Of a DNA stretch of 55,604 bases, positions 1-9,500 are shown one piece after another. The notes under the pieces are model-generated. The model was not told the DNA's origin. It saw only the letters and a program-made list of their open reading frames with translations, and searched no databases. Numbering within the stretch: position 1 is the first letter of the stretch; each line of letters begins with the position of its first letter. The stretch is from the NCBI GenBank assembly GCA_046735395.1, contig JBJKQR010000034.1, forward strand, positions 1 through 55,604. Direction: 5' to 3'. This DNA is from Fidelibacterota bacterium. Lineage in GTDB: Bacteria > Fidelibacterota > Fidelibacteria > Fidelibacterales > DSDE01. The translations under genes were made by a program, and so were the position numbers.

Positions 1-1311
1 TTGGATAAAATGATTGATCCCAAAGATACTTTAGTGAAATTGGCTCATAAAATTGATTGGATCTGGTATGAATCCCAGCTAAATCCTTATTACATCAATT
101 TTGGAAGACCGGCGAAACCCATTCGTCTGATGGTGAGTTTACTGTTGTTGAAACAGATGTATGAAGTGAGTGATGATGAGTTGGTGGATCAGTGGCGTCA
201 AAATCCATACTGGCAATATTTTAGCGGAATGAACACTTTTCAGTGGAAAGTGCCCTGTGTCTCCAGTGATCTGAGCCACTTTAGGAACCGAATAGGTTCG
301 GCAGGTGCAGAGATTATTTTAAAAGGTTCCATTGAGTTGTTTGAAAAGAACACAAAGCGTGAGAAGGAAGTGCTGGTTGACAGTACTGTTCAGGAAAAAA
401 ACATAACATATCCCACGGATGTAAAACAGCATCGGAAACTGTTAAAGAAGGGACGTGATATAGCGGGCCTGATGGATATAAAGTTACGTCAGAGTTACGT
501 TCGCGAAGAAAAGGACCTCCTGAAGAAGCTTAAGTTCAGTACACATCCGAAGAACCGGAAGAGGGCAATCAAAGCGAAGAAACGATTGAAAACCATAGCG
601 GGTTCCCTGATCCGGGATGTGGATCGTAAACTGGGATCGGATATCACAGAAGCCCAGGCAGACTTCCTGACACTGGCCTACACGATGCTGGATCAGAAGC
701 AGCAAGATAAAGAGAAGATATACAGTCTTCATGAACCACAGGTTCATTGCATCAGCAAGGGGAAGGAACATAAGAAGTATGAATACGGAACAAAGATCAG
801 TATCGTCCGGGGAAGCAAACATGGCTTGATCCTGGGGGTATTGAATATAGGTAATCAATATGATGGCCATAGTCTGGATGCGGTACTTGAACAGACCGAA
901 AAATTGACAGGAAATCGTCCGGAGGCTGCGATCGTTGATCGGGGGTACCGGGGAAAATCACAGGTTGGAAGAACCAAAATCCTGCGTCCAGGCCCGGGCA
1001 AGCTCAGCGATACGGCCTATCAGAAGCAGAAGGAACGGAAGCGGTTCCGGGCACGGGCGGGTATTGAGCCTGTGATTGGACATCTGAAACATGATTTTGG
1101 AATGTTGAAGAGTTATCTCAAAGGTGTGGACGGTGATACAATTAATGCATTATTGGCCGGAGCTGCCTTCAATATGAGAAAGTGGATGCGAGAAACGGCT
1201 GATTTTTTATTCTATTTTCTTGCTAGCTGGAAATACTCTTTAAAATCAATATTGAGGGATGTGCTTTTGAAATCCTTTGGGAATCATCCTGTGATGGTGA
1301 GTACTTTATAA
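1..1311 (+). CDS. IS5-family transposase (DUF772-like N-terminus + DDE domain), probably 5'-truncated by the window edge
   Basis: Motifs GRPAKPIRLMVSLLLLKQ, W..NPYWQYFSG, VDSTVQEKNITYPTD, KIYSLHEP..CISKGKEHKKYEYG, VDRGYRG, RAGIEPVIGHLK; composition visibly more AT-rich than the core genes. Confidence 0.93.
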   Translation: MDKMIDPKDTLVKLAHKIDWIWYESQLNPYYINFGRPAKPIRLMVSLLLLKQMYEVSDDELVDQWRQNPYWQYFSGMNTFQWKVPCVSSDLSHFRNRIGSAGAEIILKGSIELFEKNTKREKEVLVDSTVQEKNITYPTDVKQHRKLLKKGRDIAGLMDIKLRQSYVREEKDLLKKLKFSTHPKNRKRAIKAKKRLKTIAGSLIRDVDRKLGSDITEAQADFLTLAYTMLDQKQQDKEKIYSLHEPQVHCISKGKEHKKYEYGTKISIVRGSKHGLILGVLNIGNQYDGHSLDAVLEQTEKLTGNRPEAAIVDRGYRGKSQVGRTKILRPGPGKLSDTAYQKQKERKRFRARAGIEPVIGHLKHDFGMLKSYLKGVDGDTINALLAGAAFNMRKWMRETADFLFYFLASWKYSLKSILRDVLLKSFGNHPVMVSTL

Positions 1312-1322
1312 GGATCGACTAA
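1..1322 (+). mobile_element. IS5-family insertion sequence, right portion; right end near 1320
   Basis: Transposase stop is followed directly by ...TTTATAAGGATCGACTAA, which resembles right ends I recall for this IS5 subgroup; the left end is outside the window, so IR and TSD cannot be confirmed. Confidence 0.7.
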
Positions 1323-1471
1323 ATAATTTTTCCGGGTGTAGCGGCCGCAATTTTTATGCCCTGTTTACCCAACGTTAGTTAATTGGGAAAGTAAGAGAAT
1401 AGCCCCGGATCTGTTTGTAACGATCGGTAAGCCACGATCATATATCAGTTGTAAAATGTACGAAATACATA

Positions 1472-2005
1472 CTACCGCTTTTTTCTCCAGACCATCTCGT
1501 GAATTCCTTCGCCCCAGAGGTTCGGGAAGAAATAATCCGGTTCACCCAGTTTATGTTTCCAATAGGCCTGGGAAGAGGGCATGTCCGCACAGAGAATGAA
1601 TGTTTCGGCACCTACGTCCTTCAGCATCCGCCGTATCGCCTCAAACAGCATCCACCCGATCCCCGATTTCTGGCTTGCCGGATCCACATAGATGCAGCCG
1701 ATTTCCCGATCTGCATCCTTTCTCGGCGGCAGCACGCCGCGGGTCGTGGGGCCCACGGGGAAACAGCCGGCCACGCCCACGATTCGGCCTTCGCTTTTTG
1801 CAGCCAGAAAATAATACTCCGGATGGGTAGCATGAATCTGCATTTCCACTTTTTTCATCTGTGAGCGAAGTTCTCCGGCCGGATCTTCCGGACGAATCGA
1901 GTTTTTCCGGTAGAGATCTGCAATGGATCGGGCCAGCATCGCCTCAATCTGCGGAAGGTCTCCGGCTGTCACCGGGCACAGCTCTGTCTTCACCTTAATC
2001 TGCAA
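1472..2005 (-). CDS. GNAT-family N-acetyltransferase
   Basis: EIGCIYVDPASQKSGIGWMLF acetyl-CoA-binding motif A (Q-x-x-G-x-G); GRIVGVAG strand. Confidence 0.85.
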   Translation of the reverse strand: MQIKVKTELCPVTAGDLPQIEAMLARSIADLYRKNSIRPEDPAGELRSQMKKVEMQIHATHPEYYFLAAKSEGRIVGVAGCFPVGPTTRGVLPPRKDADREIGCIYVDPASQKSGIGWMLFEAIRRMLKDVGAETFILCADMPSSQAYWKHKLGEPDYFFPNLWGEGIHEMVWRKKR

Positions 2006-2043
2006 ACAGCCGACCGAACCTCATTATATATTGATTATCCGTT

Positions 2044-2937
2044 TTATTTCAGTTCCTTTTCAAGATCGTCCAGCATTTTCTGTGCGCAGTCGGGACACAC
2101 GCCATGCGTAAATTGGGCGTCTGTCCGTTTGATAATATATTCTTCAATCTGATTCCAGTAGCCGGTATCGTCCCGGATTTTCTTGCAGCTCGCGCAGATG
2201 GGCAGCAGACCGGACAAGGTCCTGACCTCACGCAGTGCATCCTCCAGGTTCTTATTCATCTGCGTCAGCTCCTCCGACTGTTTCTGTATTTCCAATTTCT
2301 GACTATGGATGGTCGTGACCAGATTTCGAAGATTTTTAAATAAAACCGTTGCTGAAAAGAAATACACGGAACTGGTTATGATAAACGCAACAGCCAGAAG
2401 CGCCCAGACCGAGGGCAGGAGGATGTATCTGCCCACATCGCCCGGAAAAGTCAGAATCCCGGTCATCCACAGGTAAGCGATAACGGAAATGACAACAAAA
2501 TGTATGACTGCGGAAATGATACCGGCACGCAGGCCCAGGGCTGTACCGGCAATGAAAATACCGGCCGTCGCGAAATAAAAGCCGGCGGAGACAATGCCGT
2601 ATTCAAGAAAACTGGTCATCGTGAGATGCGCAAAAATGAGCAGAACCATGCCCAGAAGCCAGTGGTCTGACAACCTTTTTCGATAATAAAAAAGGGGAAG
2701 AACAACTAACGCGGTACAGACATGACTGATATGATTCCAGTTGAGACCGGTATTGAGGATGCGAATCAGGGACAGGGGCAGGCCCAGAACGGTCAGAACC
2801 AGAAGGACCTTGACCACACTCTCCAGAAAACGTCGCCGCATTGAATTGAGCTGGGGAATTATCTCCTCCGATTCGCTCTGGATTATGTTACCCTCACTCC
2901 GCTTCGAAATTCCCTCACTGCCTGTTTTCATTTTCAT
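2044..2937 (-). CDS. Multi-pass membrane protein with coiled coil and C-terminal Cys-rich domain (LLPICASCKKIRD...HGVCPDC)
   Basis: About 6 hydrophobic segments, a heptad region, then the CxxC...HGxCPxC domain commonly seen at the C-terminus of signalling proteins. Confidence 0.8.
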   Translation of the reverse strand: MKMKTGSEGISKRSEGNIIQSESEEIIPQLNSMRRRFLESVVKVLLVLTVLGLPLSLIRILNTGLNWNHISHVCTALVVLPLFYYRKRLSDHWLLGMVLLIFAHLTMTSFLEYGIVSAGFYFATAGIFIAGTALGLRAGIISAVIHFVVISVIAYLWMTGILTFPGDVGRYILLPSVWALLAVAFIITSSVYFFSATVLFKNLRNLVTTIHSQKLEIQKQSEELTQMNKNLEDALREVRTLSGLLPICASCKKIRDDTGYWNQIEEYIIKRTDAQFTHGVCPDCAQKMLDDLEKELK

Positions 2938-3124
2938 CCTGTTGTTTCACGTAACCGCCAGACGCTGTCAGCATTCATCATTTATTAAGTTAAATATCCG
3001 CCAATCATCATCATTTTGCAAGTCCCAATACATCCCGGGAAGGCATCCCGCGACATCGTTTCCTGTTCCGGTCCGTGGTGTTTCCTGACTTAACCGGTCA
3101 TCCCAGATAAATTTTTACAGAAAT

Positions 3125-3153
3125 ACAAAACAGGCCGCCACAAGGAGGCCTGT
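3125..3153 (-). terminator. Intrinsic terminator of the lipoprotein gene
   Basis: Minus strand ACAGGCCTCC-TTGT-GGCGGCCTGT followed by TTTGTATTT. Confidence 0.75.
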
Positions 3154-3176
3154 AATGAAAACATGTATGGAATAAA

Positions 3177-4838
3177 TCAGTTTTCTGTTCCAACCTCCAG
3201 GTGCAGAATCAAAGATTCGCGTCCTGAATAGCTTCCGCCCGGCAAACCGATCACCTGATCATAAGCACTGCCGGCAGGAGCCGTTCCCGTGGTCAGACAG
3301 GCGCTGTGCTGGCCGGCCTTGTAGGTTTCCACGACAGTGTACTGTCCCGGGGCAACCGTCGGATCGCCTTTTTTGTCCAGCGGATAGGCCTCTGCACCGA
3401 TGTAGAAATGAAGGCCCACAAAGGCGAAGCCCTCCAGCAGCTGAACGCGGGCAGTGAAGACACCCTGATTCACCGAATAGGTAACCGTACCTACAAGCGT
3501 TCCCTTGGTGATATCACTCTGGCCCGCTCCGGCGTAGATCGGCTGATCAAAGGCGCCGTCGGTATTAAAATCAACTTCATTTCTCCATCCCCAGCGGTTC
3601 GCGGTCAGGGACGCATCCTGCAGAAAATCAAAGGGGCCGTACGCAAAAGCCGTCTCCGGATTCGAAACCGTTTTGTCCATGGACGTAGACGGTCCCGTTA
3701 CCGTTTCTGTCACAAAATTGAAATTCACGTCATAGGTGTCTTCCTGCAGATCCACATCCGCCGACTGATCCCGGACTGAAACGCTGTAATTTCCGACAGG
3801 TAGTTTCTCAAAAAGGTATATTCCGTTTTCATCGGTAAGTACTGTGACTACATTTCCCGAGGCATCGTGAAGCGTAACCGTCTCACCGGACACCGCAGAA
3901 CCATCTTCATTCACCGTCCCGGAGAGTTCATAGACACATTCAAACGCTACATTCACATCCGTATCTTCGGTGACAAAAACCGTTGAGCTGAAAACCGGCG
4001 AGGCCACATCCGCATTCGTGGTAACCGTCAGGCCATAATCCCCGGCCGGCAGATGCTCAAAGGTCGCCGTTCCCGCACCGGACAGGTCCAGAGTTGTTCC
4101 GTTCAACGAAAGAACATTGTCTCCAATGCAGGAACCTGTGAAGGATACGGAGACATTCACATCATAAAAACAGGTCGCCGTATAGGCTACATAACTCCAC
4201 CAGGCACCCTTCTGCGAATCATAGTAAGCCGGAGAGGCGGCATTGCCGGCGTAAGCCGTTTCACCGGCATTCGATCCGACGGCAGGTTCATCATCTGCTG
4301 TCGCATTGGCGACAAGGGCCGCATGCGCCGAAATATAGAATTTGGATCCGCAGCTGAGATCCGCCGGAATGGTCACCGTCAGTTCATCTGCATTAATCCC
4401 CTCAACAACATAATCCGCATGGCCCGGAGCCGGACGCTTCGAAGGAATCACTGCGGCATCCGTCCAGACATAAATGTGTACTTCCCCGAGATCGGCCGAA
4501 GCATTGGTATTGTAGGTCACGTACAGATTTTCCTCATCATTTGTCACCGTCAATGTTCCGGCATCATTGTGCTTCCCCGCCCAGAGTGTATACGAATAAA
4601 TTCCGTAATCGGGATTTTCCGTTTCATTGTACCCGCTCAGGGTTCCTGTAAATTCAGTTGCTGAATTGGGTTCGATTATAGCCGTCGCCTGCGGCGCGGC
4701 GTTCTTCGCCAGTGTTCCGATTTCATTTTCCGTTCCCGAAACAGCTGTCGGCAGCTGTGCTGTATCACAAGAAGACAATAAGAAAACTACTGCCAGTCCT
4801 GTGACGATCGCCCATGAATAAAACTTCGAATTAAGCAT
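3177..4838 (-). CDS. Surface lipoprotein with two Ig/Cna-B-like repeats flanked by two related uncharacterised domains
   Basis: Lipobox FLLSSC; repeats TFEHLPAGDYGLTV and YLFEKLPVGNYSVSV; AGGAGG SD upstream. Confidence 0.8.
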   Translation of the reverse strand: MLNSKFYSWAIVTGLAVVFLLSSCDTAQLPTAVSGTENEIGTLAKNAAPQATAIIEPNSATEFTGTLSGYNETENPDYGIYSYTLWAGKHNDAGTLTVTNDEENLYVTYNTNASADLGEVHIYVWTDAAVIPSKRPAPGHADYVVEGINADELTVTIPADLSCGSKFYISAHAALVANATADDEPAVGSNAGETAYAGNAASPAYYDSQKGAWWSYVAYTATCFYDVNVSVSFTGSCIGDNVLSLNGTTLDLSGAGTATFEHLPAGDYGLTVTTNADVASPVFSSTVFVTEDTDVNVAFECVYELSGTVNEDGSAVSGETVTLHDASGNVVTVLTDENGIYLFEKLPVGNYSVSVRDQSADVDLQEDTYDVNFNFVTETVTGPSTSMDKTVSNPETAFAYGPFDFLQDASLTANRWGWRNEVDFNTDGAFDQPIYAGAGQSDITKGTLVGTVTYSVNQGVFTARVQLLEGFAFVGLHFYIGAEAYPLDKKGDPTVAPGQYTVVETYKAGQHSACLTTGTAPAGSAYDQVIGLPGGSYSGRESLILHLEVGTEN

Positions 4839-5221
4839 ATAAGTCCTCCTTTATATAAGGGTCTTCCCCTCTTGTGCATATATTAATGACATTCTGTCTC
4901 AATAAGCAATACAATTCCATAACACACAGGTATAGTATAAGGCTCTAAAAACCAATCATCTGCACAACATGTTGTAAATGCTATATATACAAAACACTCT
5001 CTAATAAATTATTTTTTTATTTTTTCAAATTATTCCTGTTTACTGGTCCATCCTGTGCATTTTCCCGCTGAAACTGACAATAAAACCTTGAAAATGAGAG
5101 GGAAATAACTCACTTTTGAAGCGGCATTCACAGAAAGGTTCTTTTTGCAGAATCGAATTCCTTCAGACGATCGCATTTGGGTCCGGACGCTCAGAAACGG
5201 GAGCGCAGTGGTAATGATCCG

Positions 5222-6355
5222 ATGACCGCACTGTTCATCGCCGGCATTATACAGGCTCTGTTTTTCTGTGTCCTGCTCATTGCGCGGAAAGGATTTCGGT
5301 CCCCTGCATTCTATCTGGCAACGATTCTTCTCGGCCTTTCCTTTTCTCTGTTTCTGAACTGTCTGTATGCAGGCGGCCTGATTGTGAAGATGCCGGATCT
5401 GATCGGTCTGGATACGTCATTCCCTTTTCTCTATGGCCCTCTTTTATATTTCTACACACTCTTCATGCTGGAAACCCATCGGCGTTTCACGGCTCGCGAC
5501 CTGCCGCATTTTCTGCCTTTCCTTGTCTACCTTATCTATGTCTTTATCACCTTTTATTCAAGGGATGGCCAGAGCAAACTGGAGTTTCTTCATATGATCC
5601 GTCATTCCGCGCTTCCGCCGGATCTGATCATTTCCAATTATCTGAAAATCATCCAGGCGCTTATTTACATCCTTTTCATCCGAAAGCGAATTTCCCGGCA
5701 CCAGAATTATCTGAAGGACCGGTTTTCCTCGCTGGATCAAATGACTCTGAACTGGATGTCGCGGCTCAGCGGAGGAATGGGCCTGGTATATCTGATCAAA
5801 TTATGTGGATTCGTCCTTTCCGGCCCGCTTTCCGTCTCCCCGGGGCGGATTGAATCATTCACCGATATCGCCATCGTACTTTTTATTTATCTCATCGCCT
5901 TTGAAGCGTTCCGGCAGCCGGAAATCTTCAGGAGTGAGACATTGGCAGAATCCGGAATCCCGGAATCCAAAAATCTAAAATATACGGGATCCTCTCTCAG
6001 CTCCGAAGACGGCCGGCAATTGGCAAATCGCATCCGGAGCCTCATGACCGAACAGCAGCTCTTTCTTCAGAATGAATTGTCTCTCCGGGATCTCGCCATC
6101 CGTTTGAATGTGAATTCAAAATATATCTCACAGGTCATCAATGAACAGCTCGGCAAAAATTTTTTCACCTTCATAAACGAGTACCGCATTGAGGAAGTGA
6201 AGCGCAAACTGGCGGACCGAAATTTCGGGCATCTCTCCATTCTGGGAATCGCACTTGACAGCGGTTTCAATTCCAAATCCTCCTTCAATTCAATCTTCAA
6301 GCAAAGTACGGGGCAGACGCCCAGTCAGTATCTTCAGACGCTTTCCCGGAATTAG
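5222..6355 (+). CDS. Membrane-anchored AraC-family transcriptional regulator
   Basis: N-terminal TM helices; C-terminal LSLRDLA..ISQVINEQLGKNFFTFINEYRIEE..IALDSGFNSKSSFNSIFKQSTGQTPSQY; ATG 5222 preferred over TTG 5177. Confidence 0.92.
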   Translation: MTALFIAGIIQALFFCVLLIARKGFRSPAFYLATILLGLSFSLFLNCLYAGGLIVKMPDLIGLDTSFPFLYGPLLYFYTLFMLETHRRFTARDLPHFLPFLVYLIYVFITFYSRDGQSKLEFLHMIRHSALPPDLIISNYLKIIQALIYILFIRKRISRHQNYLKDRFSSLDQMTLNWMSRLSGGMGLVYLIKLCGFVLSGPLSVSPGRIESFTDIAIVLFIYLIAFEAFRQPEIFRSETLAESGIPESKNLKYTGSSLSSEDGRQLANRIRSLMTEQQLFLQNELSLRDLAIRLNVNSKYISQVINEQLGKNFFTFINEYRIEEVKRKLADRNFGHLSILGIALDSGFNSKSSFNSIFKQSTGQTPSQYLQTLSRN

Positions 6356-6450
6356 ATCCATCAAGTGGTTCAGATTCCTGAATTCGGACGACACTTTTTT
6401 ACGTTTTACCTATTTTCATCCTTTGAGAAACACGATACAAAGGAGAAAAA

Positions 6451-7086
6451 ATGATCAAAATCCTAACTCAGCGCATCCAGGTCGGTCTGGTATCAGCCGT
6501 ATTTTTCAGCCTGCTGCTTGGTCCGCTCAGTGCCGCCGGCAGGAACAATCTGTCCTTACCGGAATCCGGGCGTCATTTTATGGGTACGTCCGTATTCATT
6601 CTCAGCTCCCTGATTCCCGGAGATAATACCTATTTTTATTCCCTTGATTATGGTAAGGAATGGAATTCGAAGAATGAATGGAGCCTGGGTGCGAATATTT
6701 ACCAGTTCACCGCCCCCATGTCCATCAGCTGGGACGATGAAAGTGCCTATCCCGGCCATGTTCTGTCCTATGGGATTGTCCTTGCCGGGCAGCATTACAT
6801 CTGGAAACGATTCTTCATCAACCAGATGATTAATCCTCTGCTCATGGATTACCACAGCGACGCAACGGGGAACAAAATCTCCCGCGGGTTCATGCTGCTC
6901 TGCGCCACCCGGACCGGCTATCGTTTTGAATTCGGAAGTGGAAACCATACCTTTTATCTCGAACCCGGTTTCGAAGTCAGTTACTGGCCTGTAAACACCC
7001 GCGTTCCGGCAGGTTTCCGGGCGCTTGATAATGAATATCCGTCCTATGTGCCCAGTCCGTCACTGCAATGTGGTGTTTATTTCTGA
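6451..7086 (+). CDS. Exported protein, probable small outer-membrane beta-barrel
   Basis: AGGAG SD, signal peptide, alternating aromatic beta-strands, C-terminal GVYF. Confidence 0.6.
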   Translation: MIKILTQRIQVGLVSAVFFSLLLGPLSAAGRNNLSLPESGRHFMGTSVFILSSLIPGDNTYFYSLDYGKEWNSKNEWSLGANIYQFTAPMSISWDDESAYPGHVLSYGIVLAGQHYIWKRFFINQMINPLLMDYHSDATGNKISRGFMLLCATRTGYRFEFGSGNHTFYLEPGFEVSYWPVNTRVPAGFRALDNEYPSYVPSPSLQCGVYF

Positions 7087-7130
7087 TCCGGTTCGGAAAA
7101 AATCAACGTTATCGGGGTGGTGGAAAATAC

Positions 7131-8981
7131 TCAGATCCAGCGGCCGGCTTTTGCCTCCACATGAGTTTCGCGCTTTTCCGGCATGACCACCGGCAGATAA
7201 AGCGTCACATTGCTTCCACTGCCGGGCTGACTGTCGATAAGAATATGGCCATAATACTGACGAAGAATTCCATGGACCTGGGCGAGTCCGAGTCCGCTGC
7301 CCTGGCCGATATCGCGGGTTGTAAAAAAAGGTTCGAATATCCGCTGCAGATTTTCTTCCGGAATCCCGTCTCCCTGATCTGAAATCCGGATGGAATAATA
7401 GTCGCCGGTGAAAGCATGACGGCAGGCCAGACACTCTTTTTTATCTTCCAGTAAAACCCGTTCCAGATAAATGGAGACTCGTTTTTCCTCCGTCTCAGCC
7501 ATCGCCTGTACGGCATTGTCGGTTATGGCCAGAATCATGCGGCGAAATTGATCCGGATCCACGGAAAAGTCATATGCTTCGTTTTCCTGAATAAACAGAT
7601 CAACATGACAGGCCTCCTTATAACGTTCCGGTAAATGATCCGCAAGCTTCTTCAATTCCTGGTCGAGATGAATATGCCCCACATGCCGCAGAGATTTCTG
7701 ACTGTAGTCCAGAAGCTGACTTATAAGTTTTGCGCCCTGCTCCGCACCGGATCTGATATTGCGGGCAACCGTCCGCTCATCGTCCTTCAGACTCCGTTTT
7801 TCGGACAGCATTTCACTTCCCACCAGGATACCGGTGAAAATATTATTGAAATCATGAGCCATCCCGGCCGCCAGCTGGGCAATGGTTACATATTTCTCTT
7901 TTTCCAGAACTCGGTTTTGAGAGGTTTTCAGTTCTTCCAGTGTCAGACTCAGATCCCGCGTCTTCTGCTCTATTTCCCGTTCAAGTTCCTGCTGTCCGAG
8001 CACCATTTTACTGTTCAGCGGCTGAAGCTTTATCTTCAGAAGCATAATCGTCAGCAGATATAACACGAAGCCTGTTGAAATTATTAAAAGCACCTTGTGC
8101 AGGACCGGATCATATATGATTCGCTTATCATAACGCGTCACCATGAACCAGTGCGGAAAGGCCGATATAGTTTTAAAGGCATAAATCTGGCCGCCCTGAT
8201 CGTATTTAATAACGCCATTATCCCGGATTCGCGCTTCCTGCTGCTCTGCGATCCATTCCAGATCCAGATCGGGCCGGGACGAGGCCACAATATGCAGATT
8301 CGGAAAGGGGCAGAGTATGGCATTTACTTCCATATCTTCACTCGTACCGACCATTTTATCCAGTGGTTTCAGATCCGTAATAATTCTGTCCCAACCCAGA
8401 AGCCGCCCCTGCGGATTGCGGATCGCGGATCGGACAACCAGGTATTTCCCTCCGCCGGGCTCGCTGTATTCCGCGTAGGAAAAATCGGGATTTACACCGA
8501 GAATACATCCGTGTTCTGACGGGATTGCCATGCCGCATTCCGCGAAACTGCTGTCCCGGATATCGCTGCGGCTGATTCCCAGAATGCTTTTATCCGAATA
8601 GGCCATCGCATCCCGGAGCTCGGCTTCCGTCATCCTGCGAAGCAGATCACGCCGATAAAACCCATCATCATAACGTTCGAGCTCTTCGCGTATCTGCGTC
8701 CGGCCCGCAATCTGACGCGCCATTTCATCAACATCCCGAAACCAGGTATTGATCGTCATCTCCCTCGCAAGTGTATCATCGACGATATTGCTTTGTATAT
8801 TATTGATGACAAAATTGGAAAAAATGGCCATGCTTGGCAATAAGATCAGAATAAACAGCAGGGTTATTGACAGATAGATGTATTTGAAAATGATGCGGCG
8901 GTAGAATTCAAATTGCTCCGTAGGCGGCAATCTGAAGAAGTTGCTGAAGGTATTCATAAAGGTTGACAGGACAAATATCAT
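7131..8981 (-). CDS. Membrane sensor histidine kinase (CckA/NtrB-like transmitter)
   Basis: Two TM segments around a periplasmic domain; H-box AGMAHDFNN, DQGDGI, IFEPFFTT, GSGLGL. Confidence 0.92.
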   Translation of the reverse strand: MIFVLSTFMNTFSNFFRLPPTEQFEFYRRIIFKYIYLSITLLFILILLPSMAIFSNFVINNIQSNIVDDTLAREMTINTWFRDVDEMARQIAGRTQIREELERYDDGFYRRDLLRRMTEAELRDAMAYSDKSILGISRSDIRDSSFAECGMAIPSEHGCILGVNPDFSYAEYSEPGGGKYLVVRSAIRNPQGRLLGWDRIITDLKPLDKMVGTSEDMEVNAILCPFPNLHIVASSRPDLDLEWIAEQQEARIRDNGVIKYDQGGQIYAFKTISAFPHWFMVTRYDKRIIYDPVLHKVLLIISTGFVLYLLTIMLLKIKLQPLNSKMVLGQQELEREIEQKTRDLSLTLEELKTSQNRVLEKEKYVTIAQLAAGMAHDFNNIFTGILVGSEMLSEKRSLKDDERTVARNIRSGAEQGAKLISQLLDYSQKSLRHVGHIHLDQELKKLADHLPERYKEACHVDLFIQENEAYDFSVDPDQFRRMILAITDNAVQAMAETEEKRVSIYLERVLLEDKKECLACRHAFTGDYYSIRISDQGDGIPEENLQRIFEPFFTTRDIGQGSGLGLAQVHGILRQYYGHILIDSQPGSGSNVTLYLPVVMPEKRETHVEAKAGRWI

Positions 8982-9016
8982 GTTCTCAGTTCCCGGATAA
9001 TGAATGAGGATTAGGG

Positions 9017-9147
9017 CCCGAAGGTTGCAGGTGCGCCGTCGCGGAGTTGCTTTGACAAGACGCCCTGCCCATTCCGATTTGCTGTTGCAGACATTCTGGG
9101 ATCACGGTTCAATGCTCCGCCGCGGCATCCGGCCTGGTTCGGGTTGT
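9017..9147 (-). ncRNA. Structured non-coding RNA, candidate 6S RNA (alternatively a cis-regulatory leader)
   Basis: Nested complementary segments 9017-22/9138-43, 9028-31/9133-36, 9035-38/9123-26, 9041-46/9115-20, 9068-71/9097-100 give a ~127-nt rod with a central bubble containing UUGAACC on the minus strand; AT-rich promoter-like DNA lies upstream. Confidence 0.55.
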
Positions 9148-9317
9148 TAAATTTATTCAATTTTAATTAAAATTAAAAGTCTCAGCCCTTTATCGACCAA
9201 AAAAAAACATTAAAAAATGCCTGCTTCATTTGCGATTTCTACATTTTTATCATAAAAACCGGCATGTATGGTAAATCACATATGATCGCAACAGATCCCT
9301 TCGACATCAAGCAGAAC

Positions 9318-9346
9318 TTGCCTTTCATAGAATTTTTCAGTATGAT
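9318..9346 (+). promoter_or_regulatory. sigma70-type promoter (distal, mltD operon)
   Basis: TTGCCT-N17-TATGAT. Confidence 0.55.
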
Positions 9347-9447
9347 ATCTGCCCGTTATGAAACCCAAAGGAAAAAGCAATTACCGTAAATACTATGAAC
9401 TTAGGGGCAACATCTCACAAACGACTTTCAGTATTTCATGTAAAACC

Positions 9448-9476
9448 TTGACATTATGAACAGTTAGCAATAAATT
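9448..9476 (+). promoter_or_regulatory. sigma70-type promoter (proximal, mltD operon)
   Basis: TTGACA-N17-TAAATT, 25 nt before the start codon. Confidence 0.75.
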
Positions 9477-9500
9477 GTTAAGAAAAAGAGGAAAAAGACA

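Noticed and set aside
1331..1410. CCGGGTGTAGC tRNA-like start and CCCAAC/GTTAG attC-like sequence next to the IS end
   Set aside because: No cloverleaf, T-loop or CCA; no integrase and no repeated attC sites
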